Made by a program: the position numbers and the translations under genes. DNA of 63,946 bases, from positions 6,559,038 through 6,622,983 of the forward strand of contig BFEA01000013.1 of NCBI GenBank assembly GCA_003427395.1, written 5' to 3'. The DNA is from Chara braunii (Eukaryota; Plantae; Charophyceae). The notes beneath the pieces were generated by a model. It ran no database searches and was not told the DNA's origin. It was given only the letters and a program-made list of their open reading frames with translations. Shown here in pieces: positions 12,661-25,439 of this stretch (within the stretch, counting starts at the first letter, position 1; every line of letters starts with the position of its first letter).

Positions 12661-14788
12661 GGTGCACGAGAGGTGGGTCTAGCACCAAAGGCTACGACTG
12701 AGAAGGCTGTGCGAGCAAAGATTATGATGAAAGAGATGGATCAGGAAAAGCAGAAGTAGAAAAATACTGGAAAAAAAATAGGGAAAATAACTGCACTAGC
12801 TAAGGAGGACTACAACATGCTATGTGAAGCTTAGTGCAGAGAGAGATGGGTGGCGCAGAGAAGACAAAGGACCGAAGGTAGGAAAGAAAACTCCGCACTA
12901 AGAGAGGGGGCGAGTACTAGAAGAAGAAGTGAGTACCGAGGGAGAGAGTGAGCGCTAAGGAAACACAAAGAGACGAAATGGCGCAAAGTCGCCTTAAGAG
13001 TTTTGACGTAGGTCACAACAAGAATGAATGAAAGTGTTGGTAGTCACTGTTACTTTATACTCCCTGAGCAACTCGTTTTAACCCAGCCGGGACGCTGGGT
13101 CGGGGTTTGGTATTATGTCGGAGGGCACGGTGGCCGGCCCTCCTCCGTGTACCAAGTCCCTGCTTGGTACAGTCCCTCGCGTCGGTGCCTCGGCCTATAG
13201 ACGTGCCTTGGGATTTCGTTGCCGATTAATGCCCAGGCTGTGCTTCGGCTCAGACCAGTCCTGGTGGTTGTATCCCTAACAAAAGGGGTGCGCCACAGGA
13301 CTTCCATTGGTCCACGCAGGCTCGGCGCCCTGGTGTACAACAGAGCACAACCGATTTGTGGTCATGGTAGCCGCCGGGTTCGCCCTGGGACGCGAAAGCG
13401 AAGAACTGGCGCGGTCTTTTCTACTGCGCGCCGAGTGCCCCGTGGCCAAGTTATGGGTTAGGTGCGTGGAAATGACTTGCTGACGGGAAAGGAAAAGCTG
13501 AATGAGAGAGATAAAAGGGGAAAACAAAAATATAAAAAACAAAGAAAAGAAAGTAGAAAACCTGATCAGCACGTGGATCAGGACCGTTGCTTTAGTCCAG
13601 AATGATTCAGCGACGATCGCCTACTGCATCGTTTGAGTTTTCCCTTTTCTCTTATTATTACTGTTACTATTATTTTTATCATTATTAATTCACCGATTCT
13701 CAGATGTGATTTCCCCTATTGTCGGGATCCTGTCACTTCGCGGGGGAGGCCATCGGTCCTGTTTCCAAGNCGTGGTCGCCGTTAGTTTAGACTGAGCCTG
13801 CATGGGGCTTAAAGGACCGTCTGGTCCTAATGGTTGTGATCTGGGCCAGGTGCAGGGACGGGATAAAGGTAACCCGTGTGGATGATCCAACCACGCACTG
13901 GGGCCTAGTAGCTGAGTTTAGGGGTAGATACGACAAAGACTGAGAAAAGGGGAGGTAGGGAAAAAAAAAAAAAAGAGGAAAAGGGGCGAAGGTTGGTTTT
14001 AGTTTTGAGCGAGGACCTGTACCACTGTTCAGTCGGAGCTGCTGTGCAGGATGAAATCTGAAGCGCCTTATTNCTATTGTTATTATTATTATCATTACAA
14101 TCATTATTAATTCTTTTTTTTTGTTTTCCATTGGTCCATCGCTTCGCGAGAAGGCCAANGGTTCAAATTTCGAGTTCAGCGGTCCACAGCCTAAGTAGGC
14201 CGACCTCACGTATACCGTCTGTNGGCTGGCTCTGATTTGACGCCGTGAGGTAAGACCCCAAAAAGGAGGGCAAACCGCGGTCGCATCGGTAAGAGACTTA
14301 TCACCCACCCTGTGGAGGGTCATAAGTCCCCTCCTTTCCATCGGACACGGGCACCCAGCAGAGACAGTTCGCTGCTCTCTTTTGAGGTGAAAACCTGGGC
14401 GGTCGGGATCCCGTTATGGGACCACCACCTCGGAATAGTAGTCACGTCTCAACGAGACGAAGCGACAGGGACCGATGGCAGAAGGGCTGTGGATATCGAG
14501 GCCATAAGCTTCTTTTCTTTTCTTTTCTCTTCTTTTCTTGAGTGTTCTTTTTTTATAAAATCACAAGTTAAAATATATATATATATTATTTTTGTTTGCT
14601 TTCAAGTTTTTACTGAGCCGTGAAGCCTTTCGCTTAGAGCACACTGGGGTCATCGCCTGGAGCTTTATAAAACGAAGGTTATCCCTACTGCGCAGAAGCT
14701 TGATTCCTGGCACTCGGGGCTCAGCCTGGCTAGGTGCTGCGAGCAGGGATAGTGCGGACTGAGCATTGGCACAGACCGTTGAGAAAGA

Positions 14789-15016
14789 GTGGCTATGACA
14801 CTACATGGCTATAGGCCTGACTGTTGGCGACACACGGTACGCTGGGTTCCAATGTCGGATGAGGGCCCTCAGATCACTACGGTCCTGAACTACAATGGGG
14901 GAGAGGTAGTCCGACCAAAGGTCTGCATAGAAGGGGGGGGAGAGGAGGAGATGCGAGGTGACCAGAGGCTGCAGACTGCCATTTCCGAAGCGCGCGACAG
15001 GGAGGAACGGAGGTGA
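14789..15016 (+). pseudogene. LTR-borne ORF remnant conserved in the related LTR family
   Basis: LHGYRPDCWRHTVRW...EGPQITTVLNY versus LRGYRPRYMRYSWMW...KGTLVETILSY read on the minus strand at about 50800-50930. Confidence 0.55.
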
Positions 15017-16754
15017 AGACGAGACGGGGTGACCGTGGGCTTGAGGGTGTCGGTCATCTACCACGAGACCGAGTCATCAACTGGGACCGAGACAAGGGAG
15101 GAACAACACAACGAGANAGACTCTGGTGGGGAAAGCGAAATGAGTGAGGCAGACCGAGAGACGGATCTCAGNTCCTGGAACNGGCCTGGTGAGATCCANC
15201 ANCATCATCGAGCCGCAAACCGGGTNGAGGAGGGACCCGAGGCCAGCTCTCGACAACCGACGCCGAGGGGCCGCGGGAGAGGAGAGANGCAGAACAAAGG
15301 GAAAGGACGTGTGTGAGGCGTGGCATCGAAGGTTAGCGTTTTTGTTTTTTTCATTATGAGAAACGGGGTATNAGCTACGAGGCGGTTACATGCGTACGCG
15401 TGGCACAGTCGAAGTGTGTGTGAAGCTACTGAGAGGGGTTGAGATAGACAGCGGGGTCGAGGAGAGGTGATCGAGTAGTCAATGCGCNCGTGGCACGCTC
15501 GTGTGGGAGGAATGAAGCATCGGCGAGATGCACGAGTGATCAGNCAGCGAGAGAAAAGGATGCGCTCTCGAAATGCAAGACGCGCGGGCAAGAGGGTGGA
15601 CGAGACTGAACCCGAAATGGGGAGGCTGAGACAGGTAGCGAAGGGGGGCGAGTTTGCAAGGTGGTGACGACAACTGTTTTCTTGGGAGGCACTGTCTCGC
15701 CAACGAGCACTGGGCAACTCATGCAAGCTGAGCAAGGTTGATGTCAACACCAGCGTTGTGGACTGCTCCGACTTTCGTTCCTCTGGCAGTTAATACTTGT
15801 ACGAGCACGATGCACTCCTCGAGAGCTCTGCGCTGACTCGAAGAAGAAGAGGAGGGGGCGCGTGACGGTGACGCGTGGATTTGGTCTCNAGTAGCTCACT
15901 CCAGGGGAGAAGGAGGAGTGTGGAGAGAACATACATAGCCAATAGGCGAGCGCTTCTGGAAAAGGGGTACAATGAGAAGGCCAAAAGGGCGTAGTGGTTG
16001 ATGTTATAATTACTCGGCTTGGAATAACCAGGACTTCGTCACATAAGGGACCCAAGACGTCACTTCTAGGTAGTAAACGAGATGTTAGGGGAAGACTCGT
16101 GATGACCAGCGCGCTTTCCATGAAACGGTTCCCTCATGATGTTGTGGAAACAGACCTCCTCATTACTCATCGGAGCTTGTGTGATCTGCTCGACCAAGAA
16201 CCAGCTGTTGAGAGAGCCTCGTTTCTTTTGGAGACAATCTTACTCACCACTTATCTTGCTACCTCTGAGTGACCCTCAATTTGTGACGGGTACTGTTGTC
16301 AGAGGCTGTTGATGCGCTTCTTTGTGGCCGCTCAGTCTGGAAATTTTCAGATAAGATGGTGACTATTGCAAGATAATGTTTTTTGACTCATAAACTTCAA
16401 TTTTCTCCCCTTCTCTCTTATTTCAGTTAATTAAACCAATTGATCATTGTTAACCGATTACGTGTCATCTTGATAGGGTTAAGCTCGCAGTAGATTGCGA
16501 GAATAAGTGAACAAAAAGGGGGGGGAAGCCCCAACTCATAACAGTAGTTCGAGATGTGCAGGCTATGAAAAGAGTCCAATGTACGACTACTATCCTAAGG
16601 GATTTAGCAAGGTCGAAGTGGTTGGGTAATTTTGGTATTGACACTTGCCTATTGGGTGTAATCCCCTGCGTAGAGTGGCCTATCTGATCGTATGGAAAGG
16701 TTAAGAAAGACGAGCAGCCTTTGTATTCGTGGGTCCTATGCCATGTGTTCACAC

Positions 16755-17160
16755 CATGCGGCTGTCCCACGCGGCTACACCGTGCAGTTATGCCAAGTGA
16801 TTGCACTGTGTGACTGTGCCGTGCAACTGTGTTACGTGACCGCACCGTGTGGCTACATCGAGTGACTGCGCAATGTGCCTGCATTGCGTGATTGCTCAGT
16901 GTACCTGCAACGCGTGACTGCGCAATGTGCCTGCATTGCGTAATTGCTCAGTGTTCCTGCAACGCGTGACTGCGCAATGTGCCTGCATTGCGTGATTGCT
17001 CAGTGTTCCTGCAACGCGTGACTGCGCAGTGTGCCTGCATTGCGTGGCTGCATTCTGTGCTAGTATCGTGTGTCTGCACCGTGTGACTGCATCGTGCTTT
17101 TNCATCGTGAGNTTGCACTATGTGCCTGCACCGTGAGACTGCACCGGGTGACTGCACGGA
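16755..17160 (+). repeat. Tandem repeat inside LTR (52-bp unit built from ~13-bp subunits)
   Basis: GTGACTGCGCAATGTGCCTGCATTGCGTGATTGCTCAGTGT(A/T)CCTGCAACGC at 16862, 16914, 16966 and a partial copy at 17018. Confidence 0.9.
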
Positions 17161-19124
17161 TACGTGATAACGAAGGTTTGCANGTGCTCACCTGATTGAA
17201 TGGTTACCCATAATGGTGTGAGTTCGTTCGTGCCTTGAGATACACCGGGTGCGTGACTACAGCCCTACAGGTGCGTGTGTGTGTGGGTGAATGTTCGGCT
17301 GAATGCACTTNTTGGCCTGGTGGTTACTNNCAGGTNCTTGGTTGAATATTCTAGGCTTATTCCNCGCCAGAATGTCAAAAANGGAATGTGGAGATGATTT
17401 CTATTGGCTNGTGCTCTGTGCTTTGACTTTGATTAGATGGGGAAAAGAAAGGCAGCTCTAAGAAAAATCTTCTATGTTCTTGCAAAGTTCCTACTTGATG
17501 GTGACTAAGAGTCTACTTAGCAAAGATAAGACGAGATTTAATTCGGAGAAAAGTTGTCTGTATTACCCGTCACTACCAACGTGGCCTTGATTATACCGCG
17601 ATAATGCAACTAGCAAGTCCCTACGAAGTGAAGGATCATCAACTGACCCTTATAAGTAAGAATCATTAGTGAGGAGTGGCCCGAAGGCCCTAACTACGGG
17701 TTACGACAGACGCTATTACCACCGCATTAAGGAAGTAAGCAACTCGGTAGAANTGCANATAAGAGACGAGNGANANTAGGTNGCTTCAACNNACGGGACA
17801 GTCCNTTTAAACACATTAATCNCAGGCCTGGGAAGGAACGGGTCCAGTCAAGGGATGTGGGAAAACTGGGAGTGAGTCAACTCTCGAAAAGAGAATGCAG
17901 TATAATATAGCTCTCTGAGTTGTTGATTGGTCGTTTTGTGTTGGACGCCGCCATTCAGTCTTTATTAGGCCGTCCCCGACAGTCTGCCACTATTATTTGA
18001 GTAGGCCTGATTGCCAACAAAGTTCTATTCCATAGCCGGGTTCCAGCAAATAACTCTAAGAGAGCCACACTCCATAGTTCGAGTGGAGACTCACTAGGGG
18101 AAACATGAGCGACGCTGAGATATTGGTAGTCAAGGGCTCTATCTATCTGGATAAGCTTGAGGGTTGGGAAATAGGGGCTATCCAAGACATGGAATCGCAC
18201 AGACAGGAGCAGCGAAAACAAGCTGTCAAGATGGTCATGAGATAAAAATATATAGAATATGTGCTATATTTTTATAGTCACGATGGTAAACTACACAGCA
18301 CTGGTTCATCTCTGGAGACCGTGGAAACAACCAGGGCAAAACTCGATTGAGGCCAAAGGAGCCTGGGCTCTTTATCGGAAATCACAAGCCAGCAATATCC
18401 GAATAGCACTTAGTTTTCTCAGAACAGTGTTCAGCAATCAACCAGTGTACGAACTGCACAGTGCTAGCTCCCGGTTTGAGACGATCTAGTGAGCAAGAGT
18501 AAAGGTTGAACAACAAAAATTTACTAGAAAAACACTCAGATAACATTCGAGCGATGCACTCAAGACAATTAGAAGACGAACTCAGACAATCAGAAGACGG
18601 ACTTAGACAATGAGAAGGCGTATTCGGACAGTCAGAAAACGAACTCAGATGGAAACCAGATTTTGCGACACATGACCTTGGTACTCAGTATTGTTAGCGT
18701 TGATCAGAACACAACGATGTTATTAGGTTAGCAACCAGTCAGGTTTCAGAGCAGCAACCAGATCAGCAAGTAATCAGTCCAAGCAGCCAGGATCAAGTGT
18801 TCTGACCAGTGGTAATCGGAAAGGCAATCAGATCAGTAAGAAATTTTGCAATCAGTTTAGTAAGCAATTTTGCAATCAGTTAAGTAAACAATTTTGCAAT
18901 CAGATCAGCAATAGAATCTGCAATCGAATCGGTAGTCGGTTCGACATACATATCATTAATTAATTCAGCAAGTGATTCAGTAGTCCGAAACTGCAGTTGG
19001 AAACGACAATTTGGAACAACTATTCGAAACAGCCATCAACCCAACAGCCTTTTCACACCTATATTGTCCAAAGGTCACCCGTCTTGGGTTGGGTGAACTG
19101 ATGTAGGGGGAGTTCGGTAAGGAT

Positions 19125-19379
19125 ATGCAGGATAGCAACACTGTTAGAGTCTCCTGCTCTCTGTATCAGGACGCTGCAGAGACCTGGAGGGAGAGTGCAG
19201 TTGAGGAATACAACCAGCAGACTGCTATGATCATGGAACACGCACTGACCCTCGTGAGGAATCATACAAAAATCGAATACACATACTACTTGCATGATAA
19301 GAACGACAGGCTATGTGCCACCATAACTTCTGTGGGTACTATTGAGGAAGCAAGGAGGACTGTTAGCAGCCACCCGTGA
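19125..19379 (+). CDS. LTR-borne small ORF (family B)
   Basis: 84-aa ATG ORF with a probable paralog at 4038-4304. Confidence 0.45.
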   Translation: MQDSNTVRVSCSLYQDAAETWRESAVEEYNQQTAMIMEHALTLVRNHTKIEYTYYLHDKNDRLCATITSVGTIEEARRTVSSHP

Positions 19380-19660
19380 GCGTTTTGTCTCTGAACAAGT
19401 ACAACTCACTTATCCGGACAACCAACAATCATCTAATCAGCAGTCAATCATCAGCAATCAGTTATTATTAGTGATCAGTTTCCAGCAATCAGTCTTCAAC
19501 ATTAATTTTCAACATTCAGTCTTCAACGTTAGTCTTCAGCACTCAGTTTTCAGCATTCAGTTGTCGGCATTTAGCTTTCAACAAACAGCTTTTTTTGCAA
19601 TCAGTTCAGGTAACCAGCTCTCCATGACCATCTGGTCAGTTTGCACTGGCAAGAGTACTG

Positions 19661-20314
19661 ATGAGCACAGTTCAGTCTATGCCGGTCAGTGAGTCAGTGT
19701 TGGCCAACCTCAACCGGTTTTCATGCAAAGAGGCATTCCGTTATCGGTATGTTAGTGTCATTGGTTTAAGACAGGGAGATCTGTCAATCTTCATTGTCCA
19801 GACCAGTTTTGCTGATGGCACTATCCACGATCTGAGGCCTTACATGAAGAAGGGCAAGGAAACTCATGAACTTTTCGATCCAGTCTGGATCTCAGCCACC
19901 GAATACCTTGAGCAGAGAGAGAGGGAACTCGATGAGAATGGCACTGCGTTGATTCGCAGCTTCGGGCCGATGCTTTATACTGACTATCATAAGCGTCCAG
20001 TCCCTTCTCCTCTCACTGATGGCACGAGTTGGTTGGATGTGATTGGTTTGGCAAAGCGGTACATCTCTCCGGCGGTGATCGCGCTGACCGAGCCCACCGA
20101 GTATCCCTACCTCAGACGAGGAGTATTTTCAGTGGACGTACTGCCTACTTTGTGGGAGGAGTTTTGCTCCATGGTTAACTACCGCATCATGTGCCTCGGA
20201 TGGTCGTGCTCAGAGCTTGCTGGCTACAGGTGGCATTTCGTCACGAAACCTCAGTCTCAGATTGTACGTGGGCGTGGGTCTCGGCACCAGAGAAGATCAG
20301 TGAAAAGAGATTGA
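19661..20314 (+). CDS. LTR-encoded family A protein (3' LTR copy)
   Basis: 217-aa ORF; differs from 965-1627 by substitutions and an in-frame 9-bp indel. Confidence 0.7.
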   Translation: MSTVQSMPVSESVLANLNRFSCKEAFRYRYVSVIGLRQGDLSIFIVQTSFADGTIHDLRPYMKKGKETHELFDPVWISATEYLEQRERELDENGTALIRSFGPMLYTDYHKRPVPSPLTDGTSWLDVIGLAKRYISPAVIALTEPTEYPYLRRGVFSVDVLPTLWEEFCSMVNYRIMCLGWSCSELAGYRWHFVTKPQSQIVRGRGSRHQRRSVKRD

Positions 20315-20814
20315 GAGAGACTGACCAGAGGGATGAGTGAGGACTCTTGAGAGGTGTTGACCATGCTCGTTTATGTGTACTTTCTTAGATTATTACGAGT
20401 TCTCATTCTTCCCTCATTCATTTGCTTTTGCCTTTGCTCAAGTCAGTCGGTCTTGCTTCTTGTATTGTTCTTATCTGAAGATTGCTATCGTGGATGATTC
20501 TGTCACAGTTCTCAAAATCAGATTGACATAATTGATGCATGCATAGCACCCCATAATTTTATGATTATTATTTGCATAATTTTTCGCTGTTCTGAATCAA
20601 AATAAAAGATTTCTAAGACCGGGGACCGGCTAAGACCACAATTGAAGGGTCTCGTTGGAAGTCGGACGCACACAACAGGAAGGGATTTGTATTATTTAAT
20701 TTATTTTACTTACTGCAATCACATACAAAATCCTGCTTGACAGCCTGTTGGATTTTCGGTCGCCCGAAGTGGCTCGACTAGAAAAAGTGCGACAGCGTGC
20801 GCGCACGCGCGCCC

Positions 20815-21655
20815 GAGAGAGAGAGAGAGAGAGAGAGAGATGACACGAGCATACTAGTAGTTATGGATGTGCATCGACATGTGCATGTGTCATCATCATC
20901 CGTTCAACACAACTCCACAAAAAAAGTCTGACCATGACAGACTATTTATATAGCATCCTTGTGACGGATATATTTAACTCGCCACCTTGAAGTTGCCCGA
21001 AGTGAGCGAAACCCTAGATAGAATTGGTTGATTCTACTCACTCCAACCTTATTACCCTACCGACACTGACCTGCGCACTCGACAGTTTGAGAGAAACAAC
21101 AATGAATGGAGATCCACGACACACTTTCATCTGCAGGAGAGTGATTAATCGAAACTGACTGCTGACTTGCGAAATCGATAGTCAAAAACATTTAGTATCG
21201 GACGTCTTCTCCCCTCGAATAGAACACACAATCATTACAGTTGTATTTGGGGCCACATTCATTCTAAACAAATACAACAATAATGACCATAAGTCCAATT
21301 CGTGGTAGGAGTAAAATCATGCCCAGGGCTTTTAACTTCTTGCATGAGCCAGGACAATCAGTCGTAAGGTAACAAAAGGGTGCACGACGGGGGGGACGAG
21401 AAGGTCGGGGTGTCGAGGGTTGTAACCAATGTAATAGTTAGAATCTGACCACACATTGCGCACAGATCAACGACCACAAACGGGGAATCCGGGTAAGTAG
21501 GACCTCTCCGCAAGAACAAGATAGATTCAATGATTGTACTTGTTTCGAGACATTATCACTAAATACGTCTAGGTTCATCTATTTCCACGCACACGTCTCC
21601 AATTTATTTTCTTTATTGAGTTGAACACACTACACATTCTTTCTTTATCTCCCTT

Positions 21656-21688
<33 letters not shown>

Positions 21689-22300
21689 GACACACAGACA
21701 CAGACACACATACACACACACAAACACAAACACACATACATACACACGCGCGCTCACACACGCATACACACACATACACACCCGCATACAAGAAAGGTCT
21801 TTCTACTTTCTACGACACTTGTTTACCTCCCTCCTTTCTGGCGTCACGTGTATTATATACAAAATTTTTCTTCTTTGAGTACGGTTCCCCATCCTCTACT
21901 ACTCTAGTTCTTCTTTATCTCATATTACCCCTACTTATACACAATGTCTGCAAGAAAGAGAGAGAGAGGACACGGGCATAGTTCTGGATTTGCATCAATA
22001 TGTGCATTTATCATCATCATCCATTTAGCACAACGCCACAAAAAAACATGATTGTGACAGACTGTTTTGCGAGGCGTTTTCCCACTTGGCAGCTTATCAA
22101 GGATCAATGTGACGGGTGTGTTTGACTCGCCTTGTTCCCCGAATAGAACACATGTTCATTATAATTGTATTTGGGGCAACATTCATTCCAATTCATGGAA
22201 TTTACGTACTGATAAGCAATCAGCCAAGCATGAAGTCAGAATGCCAAAAGAAAAACGTACAAGTGAGTGCACCTTAAATTGCAGTTATTATTTATTTTAN

Positions 22301-22365
<65 letters not shown>
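20815..22365. repeat. Degenerate duplicated module flanked by (GA)n/(CT)n/(CA)n microsatellites
   Basis: 20830-20950 resembles 21960-22070; 21210-21265 resembles 22135-22190. Confidence 0.65.
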
Positions 22366-24174
22366 NTCGGTTNTTTGCGAAACACACACACAAAGACAAA
22401 CAAACATGTAATGTGTGATATTCTTTGTACAATGGTCAACTGTTCACAACCATGTGTATCTCCTTTAAGCAATCAATTAAACATCTGTTTTTTAGCTTCA
22501 AAGTTTTTGATATGCCCCTTAAATTTTAATTTATTTGCCATGCGCGCATCTGTTGACCAATCTACCCAGTCGTGCCTCTTTGGCAAGGATTGAAGTTTTC
22601 GACTAATATGTTTAACATGTCATTTTCATAAATTTATTTGAAAGACTCTAAGTGAAAGTCGCCATACATTTTCTCAAAAGTTAGTGGCTCTATGTGAAAG
22701 TCATATGAAATGACACTTTTCTAAAGTCAACGAACAAACCATAAGCGAAAACCTAACTACACATGGCCCTAAGCGAAGGCCAAACTACACGTATCATTTG
22801 AAACAGTGAATATGACCCTAAATGAAGGTCATAATCAATCATAAGTTTTAAGTAAAAGTTAATTTTATTGACAAAAATGATAATGTGGAAAATAATAATG
22901 TCATAACCTATTAAAATTATTTTCAAAATATTATAAGAAATTACACGTATTACGTATTTAGAAAACACATCTCCACTAACAAATTAATGTTAAACAATTT
23001 GTGTTTTGTTTTGATGTATTATAGATTATTACTTAATTATTTATGAAAAACACAACTTTAAAAATTTTGATGAAATGACTCAAATTCAGTAGTCGACATC
23101 AATGAACAACGATTTGCAACATTTATCTTGTCATCACAAATCACATATCAAGCCACATTATACGACCACAAAAAAAAAGATTGGGAAACATTCTCAATTA
23201 ATTTTTGTATTAAAAAATAAAGTTACAATTTATTTTTTAGATTAAATAACAAAAATAAAATAACATATATGATTCATTAATAAATTAATTTTTACATTCT
23301 TCCCTACTTGTAGTAATAATCATAAAAATTAAATAAAAAATTATTAAAAATATATTTATTTCAATAACTACTAGGGGACACCAATATCAAAGATTATATA
23401 TAAATCAGTCATCATAAAATTATTAGTTCCTTGTATAGTTAATTATTTATTTTTAGCGATTTCTTTCTCACTTTACAATGACAATACTTTTCAGATACTA
23501 TCATCCAATTTTCTATCATGAACTAATTCACAATACTTGTTTATAAGTTATAAATTTAAACTCAAGTGCGTATTTCAATAGTAAAATGTACCGACTAACC
23601 TAACTCCATTAGTTTCTATCAATTTTAGTTTTTTTCCCTCTCCATCTCTCTCTCTTAGTCTCTTTCTCACTCCAATTTTTTACTTTTTTTTTTTTTTTTT
23701 TTTTTTTTATGAAACTCTTTTTATACATTTACTTCTTCTTTATAAATTTCTCATCTTTCAGATCCTACCTTTTCTTGTGAAGGGAGTCTAGTTAAAAAAA
23801 AAAAAAGATCACTCATAACTCATCAACTAAACGTTCATGTCACAAGTTTCAACCTATCGTTTTCTTATTTCAGTTGCAAGCCTTCGTTAAGTGCTAGTTG
23901 CTAATTTTACATATTTCATAAATACAACATTTTTCGTATCGAAACTCCACTTATTCTTGACGCATCAGTACTCCTTTAACTCTAAAATATATTATCCATT
24001 AATACATAAATCTTTGATATTTTTTTTGAATGCAATAATAATAATAAAATCAAAAGAAAAATCAAACATTGTTTTTATAATTAATGAATGACCACAATAT
24101 CAAAGACTATATATAAAATAGTCATTATGAAAATAATATATATATATATCGTCACAAACAGAACTGCCTATATA

Positions 24175-24374
24175 CAGGGTTGTCAGGCCGAACGTACGGA
24201 GGCCCCTTAGCTGACCCCCGAACGTATTTTTTCTCGGTTTTGTTTATTTTTATTTCATTTTTTTTGTATTTCATTTTTATTTCAAAATTTGTAAGGGACT
24301 CGGATGTAATTCTCAAAAAAATCTTGTTTAGTTTATTTTTCTCCATAACATTTTTTTTTTCAGATTTTTTTGAT

Positions 24375-24410
<36 letters not shown>

Positions 24411-24569
24411 AGTCCGCGTTCGGCCCGAACGAACGAACGCATCCCCAAGGGGTCCCATACGTTCGGGCATTCGGGTTCGGGCATTCGGGTTCGGGCATTC
24501 GGGTTCGGGCATTCGGGTTCGGGCATTCGGGTTCGGGCGTTCGGCCCATCCCCAACGCCGGTTACCCTG
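24175..24569. mobile_element. hAT-type MITE
   Basis: Termini CAGGGTT...GGTTACCCTG; subterminal TTCGGG(CA) repeats; interior homologous to 58380-58610; TSD degenerate. Confidence 0.75.
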
Positions 24570-25264
24570 ACTAGAACAATATATTCCCAATAAAAACCAC
24601 AAGTAATACGAAAAAGAAATTAAAAATATAAAACAACAGAAAAAAAAATATATATATATATAATAAACAAAATGCACAACATTATAGAAAATAAAAAAAT
24701 ATTATCAACGACATTTTTACTAGCCGTACGTGCGAAAGGCTTCGGGGCCAGCCCCATACGTGCAGGCGTTCGGGGGTTGAACGACGTCAGGTTCGGACCC
24801 TGCCAAACCCCGGAAGGCGACACAGACGTGTTTTTTTTTTTTAATTATTTCTTGTGAGTGGCGCAGGGTCCGAAGAAACCCCCTGAATTTTTCTTTTTCC
24901 AAAACTAAACGACAAAAAAAAAAAAAAAAAAACAAGAGCCAATCAGCGCAAGCCACGTGGAATATGGGTTGAACGACGCCACGTCTGGCTGAACGCCGAA
25001 CCAGCCGGCGGGACCCGTTGGCGTTCGTCCGGACACAAAAAATAAAAAACAAAACAAAAAAGGGGGCCTCGAGTTCGGCCGGTGGAAGACTATCTATGCC
25101 GAACTCCTCTGGTCAATTTGAGCGGACGCCCGCAAACGAGCACTGTCTAGGAACGCCAGAGGAGGGTGAGTCTCTTTTTTTTTCCATTCTTTCTTTCTTT
25201 CTTTCTTTCTATCTTTTTTTTTTTTTTTTTCTTTTCTTTCATTCAATTTTTTCCTTGAGTTCGA

Positions 25265-25299
<35 letters not shown>

Positions 25300-25439
25300 C
25301 CTCCCTGCATTTTGTTTCTTACATTCCTTGAGTTCGGATCCACCTCTTCCCCCCCTTCCCCGACTTTCTCACCACCTTTTTTCATTATTTTTTTGTTGTT
25401 TTTTGTTTCATCTTGAAATTTCGAAATTAGTAAATCACT

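Larger units (their letters stand above)
1..20794 (+). mobile_element. Ty3/Gypsy LTR retrotransposon with very long LTRs (5' LTR truncated by window edge), degenerate
   Basis: Direct repeat 1-2107 = 18692-20794, both ending TGCGACA. The internal region has gag, protease, RT, RNase H and integrase in Gypsy order, with many stops and frameshifts. Confidence 0.95.
13116..20794 (+). repeat. 3' LTR, about 7.7 kb
   Basis: Starts TGTCGGAGGGCACGG and ends AGTGCGACA (terminal inverted TGTCG/CGACA). The start is inferred from homology to the reverse-complemented terminus TGTCGAAGGGCGCGG at 52220 of a related element, whose other end (28809) matches the end of this LTR. Confidence 0.8.

Noticed and set aside
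13108-13115. TGGTATTA resembling a Met-tRNA PBS
   Set aside because: It lies before, not after, an LTR on this strand and lacks the CAGAGC continuation.
13770-17830. Scattered single Ns as a biological signal
   Set aside because: Most likely ambiguous base calls in a multicopy repeat.
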